A DNA stretch of 64,000 nucleotides from Candidatus Obscuribacteraceae bacterium (GTDB taxonomy: Bacteria > Cyanobacteriota > Vampirovibrionia > Obscuribacterales > Obscuribacteraceae), in assembly GCA_044229845.1 (NCBI GenBank), contig JBGASG010000001.1:96001-160000 (forward strand). The letters run 5' to 3'. Below, piece after piece: positions 8,677-15,313 of the stretch. The notes under the pieces are model-generated. The model had not been told where the DNA came from. It did not search any database and worked only from the letters and a program-made list of their open reading frames with translations. A program made the position numbers and the translations under genes. Positions within the stretch are counted from its first letter, which is position 1. Every line of letters starts with the position of its first letter.

Positions 8677-9831
8677 CTATCCTCCGAAGCACTTCATAAC
8701 TATTTCGATGAACTGTGCATATGCCGACTGAATCATTTGCAGTCCCTGCACCGCACCGCTCACGGTGGCAAAGACGCCTCCGACCGCCAGGGCTTTAGTG
8801 ACAATGCTCTGCTTGTCCCGCTTCGCTTCGGGCCGATCAATCTCCGAGACCACTTGATTGATGAGCGAGACTGCCATCGATTTGGACGCATCTGGAATTT
8901 CTGAGACTTCGACGGCGGCAGTCAACTGTTTTACCGATTTCGCAATCTCAGGATAGTTGTTCTGCAAAACTTGTACGTGGTTGTTGATTTGCGTAATGTC
9001 GTGCGCAACCGCCCCTGGCGCTTGGACGATACCATTTCCATGGATTTCAATGTACGTGGTGTTGCCGCTTTGATCCTTGCGTTGTTCGCGTTCGTCTTCG
9101 TTCTGTACTCTTGTTTCGCTCATGGTAGCTTGGTCCTCGTAGTGTTGCGGATCTCTCAAAGCCTCTGCTCTAAGGCTCTCCAAAAACGATAAGCGCTTCT
9201 CGACCGACTTGTCGAAGTCGTGGGCTGTTCGTGGTCTAGAGGTACCCCAATCCACGATGCGCTTGAACCTCAGAGCCGTCGTGGAACCGAATTCCTGAGA
9301 TAACGCAGAGACAACCCTGGATGACCAAAGTTTCTTCTGCTCGATTCCGTCCTTCCTTCCTGCCAAGAAATCAGTTCGAATCTGAGCTAGATCTGCGATG
9401 AGTCTGTCTATACCGGCTAGCTGTCGCGCGGTCTTCGATCCTGCCGAAACCTGTTGAGTAGACACAAATCCTCGCTGTAAGTCGTCGCGTACTGCTTCCA
9501 GAATTCCCTGCATACCATGGAACGCCATCACTTTCTCGGATGGTCTGCCGTTCAAGAAATTATTGGCGAACACATTCGCCTGTCTGTTGTGTGCATGATT
9601 CTTGTCCGGCACTGCCGCCTCGATGGCTGCGAGCGCGCGCGTTATTGCCCTTGATCGGTCGGCGAACGGAGCGCTCTTTTGTTCTCGCTGACGGAATTCG
9701 ATGCAAGCGCGGATGTCGGCGAGCGCCTCTTCTAGATGAGCAATCTTTGTGGTCAGAGAGTCTTGCAAAGCCGAGCCCCTACTCACATTGGTGGTGGCAA
9801 GGTCGACAAGAACTCCAGGATGCGTGCCCAA
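8677..9831 (-). CDS. Modular hypothetical protein B (two helical bundles + shared C-terminal domain)
   Basis: Long ORF; true start likely GTG 9786 or TTG 9768; C-terminus resembles that of the upstream gene. Confidence 0.7.
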   Translation of the reverse strand: MGTHPGVLVDLATTNVSRGSALQDSLTTKIAHLEEALADIRACIEFRQREQKSAPFADRSRAITRALAAIEAAVPDKNHAHNRQANVFANNFLNGRPSEKVMAFHGMQGILEAVRDDLQRGFVSTQQVSAGSKTARQLAGIDRLIADLAQIRTDFLAGRKDGIEQKKLWSSRVVSALSQEFGSTTALRFKRIVDWGTSRPRTAHDFDKSVEKRLSFLESLRAEALRDPQHYEDQATMSETRVQNEDEREQRKDQSGNTTYIEIHGNGIVQAPGAVAHDITQINNHVQVLQNNYPEIAKSVKQLTAAVEVSEIPDASKSMAVSLINQVVSEIDRPEAKRDKQSIVTKALAVGGVFATVSGAVQGLQMIQSAYAQFIEIVMKCFGG

Positions 9832-11127
9832 AGTTGACTGGCAATAGGTCGCAATGTTTCGAAGTTCTCATAGGTCTTTGCGGTTTCATCGATGCAGCGC
9901 ACCAGTCCTTGAGCTTGGTCTTTGATGTGCCATGGCTTGCGCTGATCGGCGGGCAAATCGATCTGTTCGGCTGTGACCTTAATGCGGTCGGCCGGCTCAA
10001 CTTTTGCCGCAGGGGGTGCGTCCAATGCTGACAGCGAGTCAGCGAGTTGCTTCAACAAGTCAGCTATCTCGGTGCTCTGTTGGCTGATAGACTGGAGGTG
10101 CGTATTCGTCTGCTGGATGTCCCTTGCCACCGCTCCCGGTGCCTGAATAATTGAGGGTCCAGTCGCTTCAATGTTTGTGTGGTAAGTGGTGACAGAGGTT
10201 GGGACGGGTGAGCTGGACTGCAATATTTCCGCAGTCGATTTCCCGCTCCTGCGAGCCTGTAGAGCACTGATTCCAGTCGCAGTTACTCTGTACCAGATTC
10301 CGTCCTCGTTCTGAATCCAATTGAATTCATTCAACATGCGGCTAAAGGCCTCAAGCGCTGCTATGTTTCCCTTTTCTGTTTTCCCGATTCGTTTCGCTAA
10401 TGTCGCTACCGAACCAGGTCCATCAAGGGTGCGGGGATAGAGTTGCAGTTTCCAGTCAACTTCGCGTGCCGCCTCAAGAATCTCTGTGATCGCTGCTTCA
10501 ACGTCAGCTTCGTCAATCGCCATTCTGAATTCAGACCCCCTCCATTTATCAAAAGCCTTCCGTCCAGGTTCCGCGACGGAGAAAACACTATTGCGGCCAG
10601 TGGCTGGTTTGAGCCATTCACGTTCCAACACGAGTCGCTTAAATGCTGCCACCATTGCTCGCATCTCTTGGGCATCGGGGGTGATAGATCGTTCTGCGCA
10701 TACTAGTTTTGGCTCGCTCGACCACGTCTCCGGTCTGTATGTCAGTTCCCACCCATTCCGTTCTGCTTGTTCGAGGAGTTGAAACGTCGCAATGGCAATA
10801 GCGTCCTCAGTCAGAGGCACCCGCTCGATTGGATCGGAAACGTTGGCGCTCACCTCCAATCCAGTAGAACTGAGGGCGAAGATCCATTGCGAAATTGATG
10901 TAAACCAATTCTTCCTGCGCATTTCATTGAAGGTCTCGATCAATGCAGTGCGCTCGCGCTTCTCCAAGCCGCCAAGGGTTAGCTCCCCAATCTTGAGAAT
11001 TGGGCCGCTATCAACGGCTCCGATGTACCTGGATTCGTCCCTGCTCGCTGTCCCGAACAGCAGTAAGAATGGCGTACTCCGCTCGCTTGCGCAGTTCTTC
11101 ATCCGTCAGCAATTCCGTTGTGACCAC
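9783..11127 (-). CDS. Modular hypothetical protein A (three wHTH-like repeats + shared C-terminal domain), apparent frameshift near 11026
   Basis: Main ORF 9783-11102; the N-terminus of repeat 1 lies in another frame (GTG 11127 to TGA 11011). Confidence 0.65.
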
Positions 11128-11188
11128 TCGGAGCGTTCACCGATTAGGTACATAGTGGGTACAAAGCCAAGCCCACGTTCTGAAACCA

Positions 11189-11262
11189 TCGGGACGATAG
11201 GATTTGAACCTACGACCTACTGCTCCCAAAGCAGCCGCGCTACCAAGCTGCGCCACGTCCCG
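11189..11262 (-). tRNA. tRNA-Pro (TGG), CCA not encoded
   Basis: CGGGACGTGGCGCAGCTTGGTAGCGCGGCTGCTTTGGGAGCAGTAGGTCGTAGGTTCAAATCCTATCGTCCCGA: acceptor stem, D-loop, TGG anticodon and GGTTCAAATCC T-loop. Confidence 0.97.
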
Positions 11263-11272
11263 CCGTTTCATA

Positions 11273-11281
11273 AATATAGCA
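11273..11281 (-). promoter_or_regulatory. Probable extended -10 promoter of tRNA-Pro
   Basis: TG-C-TATATT ending 10 nt before the tRNA; no good -35. Confidence 0.4.
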
Positions 11282-11328
11282 CGACCAGTTGTAAGGACCG
11301 CCGGAAGGGCTCCGAATCCCGATACAAC

Positions 11329-13338
11329 TTAAGGCACGAATTCCGGCGGTGCGGCGGCGCCGCTGCCCTTCTTATGGGCAATCTTGACCTTATTCTTCGG
11401 ATTGTCCAGGTTTATGACCACCGGACCCGTATCTTCATAAGCCTCGGTAGACGCCGGACGCGCTTTCTTCTTGGCTTTCGCCGCTGCCGCTATCTTTTCG
11501 CGTTCCGCCTGGCGCTCTTTGCGACGCTCGGCGCGGCTCTTGCGGCGGCTGCTGCGGCTCGACGAGGACGTGTTGTTATCGTCGTTGTCGTCATTCCGGC
11601 TGGCGCTGGCGCTGGCGCTGGCGCTGATCTCCGGCACATCCGACGACGAAACGCCGCCGTACACGTACCCTTCCTGACCGTTGACGCGAATCTTGTACCA
11701 ACCATCAGACTTGCCGAGCACTTGCACGGTCGAGCCGACGGTCATGGTTCCGACCGAGTGGCTGCGGCTGGTCGGCGAGTTACGAATATTGCGGTTCATG
11801 GTGGCACGGCCGGTCTTGCCGCCGCCGCTGCTCGCAGGTTTCTTCGCAGAAACTGCCGGTGGTGTGGCGGTTGGTGGCAACGTTGCGGCCATCACGGCGG
11901 CCGAGTTGTGAGCTACAACCGGTAGCACGGCGGCTTCGACAGCTGCGCCGCCGTTCTTCGCATGCGGAAGAATGACGGTTCCCGGTGTCTTAGTAGTTGC
12001 AGCTTCCGGAGCGACATTATTCTTGTTGCCGAATGCTGATGTCGCCACGCGAATCTCAGCCACGGGCACCACATCCGGTGGCGCTGCGGCTGCCAGGATC
12101 GGAGTCACTGCGCGACTTGCAGTTGTCGTCACTTGCACCGCCGGCTGCGCTGCTACCACAGGTGGTGCAGCCGTTGCGGACGAAACACGATTCGCTGCGA
12201 TTGCCTTCTGCAATACGGCGTTGGAAGTTTCTGCCGTCAGCGGTTCGGTCGAGCCGCCGGTAAACTTGTAGCTGCCGCCACCGCGCGATTTGCGGAAGTT
12301 GAACACTATCGACTTCGAATCGCCCACGAAGGTGAACTTCAGGTTTCTGTCTTCAACAGCCTTGCCGAATGCAAATGGTGCCTTGGTAGCGACGCCCTGG
12401 GCATATGAAACGCCGGCATCGCCGATCACCGATTTCGCTGCATTGCCCGCATTCTCAGGATTGCGAATCACTTGAGCGACGTTCCAGAGCAGTCCGAAGT
12501 GACCGTCCGGCGTTTCGTTGACAGCGGTGTAGTGCGCGTCTTTCCAGACGAATTTCTGGCGCAGCGGCACATAATCCTTAGTAGGACTGGCTGCAAAAAA
12601 TCCTTGTTGTTGCAGCGCTGCCGGCAGCGATACTTCTACATTTAGATCGTTGCTGGTAGTCGAGACAAACTTGACGTTTCCTTCCGCCAGAAGCGGAGGC
12701 ACTGCTTTGTCAGTTTCTTCCTGAATGAAATCAGGCAAGAGCGCATAGGCGCGCACCTGTGGATGGTGCGGCGGCTGGCCGCCCGTGTGTCCCAACACCA
12801 CAAGCACAGGACCCGCGGCATCGTTAATGATGCGCGCGTTGTCGAATACTTCCAGTCCATTGAGACGGAAAACTTTGGTGCCCGAGTGTCCCTTCATAAC
12901 AAGGAAGGGAGTTGCTTGCAGTAAGGTGTCTACTTCGACGATACGCAGATCGCGCGGCAGGTCGATGACGTGCACTTCGAAGGCATCGCGCTTCAAAGCC
13001 GCTTTCAACTTCTCGCGCAGGTCACCACCTTTGATATCACCGTTATGCAGCAAGAATTCCTTGATGGTTTCATCAAGGTCGTGTTTCATTGCTTTGGCAT
13101 CTTCGGTTGATTTCGGACCAGTGGCGACACGTTTGGCGACGCGACCGAGCTTGTGCTCGACGTCCACCATCTGTGGCACTATTGCCGACAAAAGCACCGT
13201 GCTCGCGATGACGACGCCCAGTCCAGCGCCGCCAAAAAGTATGGCTTTCGGGAGCGCCTTTTTGGCGAATTTGGAGCCGCATACTGTGCACTTACGTGCC
13301 GCGACCGAATTTCTCTGGGAACACTGTGGACAACGCAT
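11329..13338 (-). CDS. Zn-ribbon, TM-anchored protein with C-terminal SH3b domain
   Basis: CPQC...CTVC, one TM helix, Ala/Pro linker, NIRNSP...VQVLGKSDGWYKIRVNGQEGYVYG. Confidence 0.75.
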   Translation of the reverse strand: MRCPQCSQRNSVAARKCTVCGSKFAKKALPKAILFGGAGLGVVIASTVLLSAIVPQMVDVEHKLGRVAKRVATGPKSTEDAKAMKHDLDETIKEFLLHNGDIKGGDLREKLKAALKRDAFEVHVIDLPRDLRIVEVDTLLQATPFLVMKGHSGTKVFRLNGLEVFDNARIINDAAGPVLVVLGHTGGQPPHHPQVRAYALLPDFIQEETDKAVPPLLAEGNVKFVSTTSNDLNVEVSLPAALQQQGFFAASPTKDYVPLRQKFVWKDAHYTAVNETPDGHFGLLWNVAQVIRNPENAGNAAKSVIGDAGVSYAQGVATKAPFAFGKAVEDRNLKFTFVGDSKSIVFNFRKSRGGGSYKFTGGSTEPLTAETSNAVLQKAIAANRVSSATAAPPVVAAQPAVQVTTTASRAVTPILAAAAPPDVVPVAEIRVATSAFGNKNNVAPEAATTKTPGTVILPHAKNGGAAVEAAVLPVVAHNSAAVMAATLPPTATPPAVSAKKPASSGGGKTGRATMNRNIRNSPTSRSHSVGTMTVGSTVQVLGKSDGWYKIRVNGQEGYVYGGVSSSDVPEISASASASASRNDDNDDNNTSSSSRSSRRKSRAERRKERQAEREKIAAAAKAKKKARPASTEAYEDTGPVVINLDNPKNKVKIAHKKGSGAAAPPEFVP
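11599..11626. repeat. GCTGGC hexamer x~4.7 (in-frame Ser-Ala run)
   Basis: Directly visible tandem repeat. Confidence 0.8.
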
Positions 13339-13531
13339 AATTGAGAGTCTTCAAGGTTTCCTGAGCAGCCATACTACTAGAGAACGTATATATCATCCTT
13401 ATACAGGTTTCCTCTTTGAAATTAGAAATGCGAGTCTGTGAGCCATTCGCGTGCTTGGAAACGCTGTTTGAATAACTTAAAGAACTTATCGGCGGCTAAA
13501 ATGTTGTATCCGATATGCGAAACGAAAGGAG

Positions 13532-14245
13532 TTGACATTGGGAGAGGTCCTGCACCCTGAAGAAGTTGTAACAACTGTCTTTTTAGTGCGCCACGGCGAC
13601 ACACGGCAAACGGACGAGGGGCGTCTATACACCGATCCTGAAGCGCAGTTAACCGAAAAGGGACGCGGGCAGATCCGCGGAATCGCAAGCTGGTTGGGCG
13701 ATGAGGGGATCGAAGCCCTGATCTCAAGTTCTTCTAAGCGTGTGCTCTCGTCCGCTGAAATCATCGCGGCGCAGCTGAAAGTCAACATTTTGACCAATGA
13801 TGCATTCAATGCCTGGCGCGTCGGCGAGTGGGAAGGGCGTACCTATTTAGAGGTGAAGAAAGCCGAACCGCAGATTTATCAGTCGTGGGTTGCTGATCCG
13901 GTGCGCAATGCACCACCTGGTGGCGAAGCCATTCTCGATGTGTCGAAACGTGCCACCGAAGCCATTCGGCAGGTGATTGGCGACAACGAAGGCAAACGAC
14001 TGGCAGTGGTATCACATGCGGAAGTCATCCGTGCGCTGCTCGTGGACGCGCTCGGCATGCCGTTGGAAAACTACTGGCGCATCGCGGTGCCCACCGGTTC
14101 GATCACCAAGATTGATTACAGCGCGCACTTCGCCACGGCACATTTCATCTCGTTGCGTCCGCATGAGTACCGGCACAAGATGTCAGCCTTCGAGGAAGAA
14201 ACCGAACCTGAGTGCCTGCACGGATCATCCTTCGCCAGCGAATAA
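13532..14245 (+). CDS. Histidine phosphatase (phosphoglycerate mutase/CobC-like) family
   Basis: LVRHGDT, GEWEG, PPGGE, VVSHAEVI. Confidence 0.88.
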   Translation: MTLGEVLHPEEVVTTVFLVRHGDTRQTDEGRLYTDPEAQLTEKGRGQIRGIASWLGDEGIEALISSSSKRVLSSAEIIAAQLKVNILTNDAFNAWRVGEWEGRTYLEVKKAEPQIYQSWVADPVRNAPPGGEAILDVSKRATEAIRQVIGDNEGKRLAVVSHAEVIRALLVDALGMPLENYWRIAVPTGSITKIDYSAHFATAHFISLRPHEYRHKMSAFEEETEPECLHGSSFASE

Positions 14246-14296
14246 TGCGCGAATAAATGCTTGAATATAGCGGTACCAAAATGAGGACCGCTTGCA

Positions 14297-14542
14297 ATGA
14301 AGCAAAACATAGTGATTGCGCTGTTGGCCGGCATTATCCTGGGGCAGAACATGCCGCGCGCCACCGCCGACGACGCGCCCTCCGGTGGTATCACCAAACA
14401 AGACCTTCTATATGCGGCAGCGATTTGCGGATTGTGTGGCAACTCGCGTTTCGACCCGACGGGACACATGGGTCTGACCAGTAACCTCAAAGGACCGGAA
14501 GGCTTGAAGAAACTGGCGCGTAACTACGCGACCGTCGAATAG
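14297..14542 (+). CDS. Small secreted hypothetical protein
   Basis: GAGG Shine-Dalgarno, signal peptide, CxxC. Confidence 0.5.
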   Translation: MKQNIVIALLAGIILGQNMPRATADDAPSGGITKQDLLYAAAICGLCGNSRFDPTGHMGLTSNLKGPEGLKKLARNYATVE

Positions 14543-14548
14543 TCTACG

Positions 14549-15313
14549 CTACGGTGCATCGTGTGCGGTGGCACCACCGGCGGAGCCGGGTGCAAACGTG
14601 CCGCCCATCGAGCTGCCCGTAACTGAATTGTTGCCGGTGCCCGAGGTCCCTTCGGTCTGCGCCATAAGCTCTGCCAGGCGCGCCCGCTGTTCCTCATCGA
14701 GAAGGGCGCGCAGCCGCAGCATCAATCGAATGCGGTCCAGCTGAATTTCGCCCTGCAACTTATTGATCTCTTCCTGCATCGCAATCACTGTTTGCTCATC
14801 AGGGCTCGGCTCCAGCGAAAGCTTGTGCAGCCGCTGCAACATATTTTTGCTGCGCCCGATCTTTACCCGCGCTTCCAGTTCATAGTCGCGCACCATGCGA
14901 CGCATTTCGCGCTCTTGCCCGGAATTTGCGCCGGCATCGACATAAATACGAATCGGATCAAATCGCATTCCCTGGGGAGGAGTGCGCTTGGGTGGCGGTG
15001 CCGGAGTGTTTTCGCCTGTGCTCTGCGACTCGGTGGTGCCGGGTCCGCCGGTCGATCCGCCTACCGCTCCGGCCGCGGAACTGCCTGCCGCATTGCCGGC
15101 TTCTGCCGCGTCCGCACGAGCATCCAACGCTGCCGGTCCGAGCACTGTCAGACAGGCAATCGCAATCGCTGTTACTGCCGAAGCCTTGCCGCGGCTCAGT
15201 CGATACCCAGGTGCACAAATGGTGCCCAGGCGTGAATCGGTGCTCCTGCCAGAACCGCTTTGGTTTGCGCTTGCTGCAGTGCTTGCGGAATAGAGTTTTT
15301 GCCTGCTTGCCAC
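14549..15313 (-). CDS. Spy/CpxP-like periplasmic protein (start uncertain, probably near 15200)
   Basis: Signal-like segment; PDEQTVIAMQEEINKLQ...LRALLDEEQRARL (LTxxQ-type motif). Confidence 0.6.
   Translation of the reverse strand: MASRQKLYSASTAASANQSGSGRSTDSRLGTICAPGYRLSRGKASAVTAIAIACLTVLGPAALDARADAAEAGNAAGSSAAGAVGGSTGGPGTTESQSTGENTPAPPPKRTPPQGMRFDPIRIYVDAGANSGQEREMRRMVRDYELEARVKIGRSKNMLQRLHKLSLEPSPDEQTVIAMQEEINKLQGEIQLDRIRLMLRLRALLDEEQRARLAELMAQTEGTSGTGNNSVTGSSMGGTFAPGSAGGATAHDAP

Larger units (their letters stand above)
1..11188. mobile_element. tRNA-Pro-anchored integrative element / genomic island (left end outside window)
   Basis: Starts directly at the tRNA 3' end. Contains a tyrosine integrase, a primase-like gene, an HNH nuclease and otherwise only hypothetical cargo. 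Housekeeping genes resume on the other side of the tRNA. No second att copy was found in the window. Confidence 0.75.

Noticed and set aside
4943..11127. Integron cassette array
   Set aside because: The integrase has an Arm-type N-terminus rather than IntI features, and the genes abut or overlap without attC-like palindromes.
10792..11925. 377-aa plus-strand ORF
   Set aside because: Antisense shadow spanning the tRNA and two real minus-strand genes.
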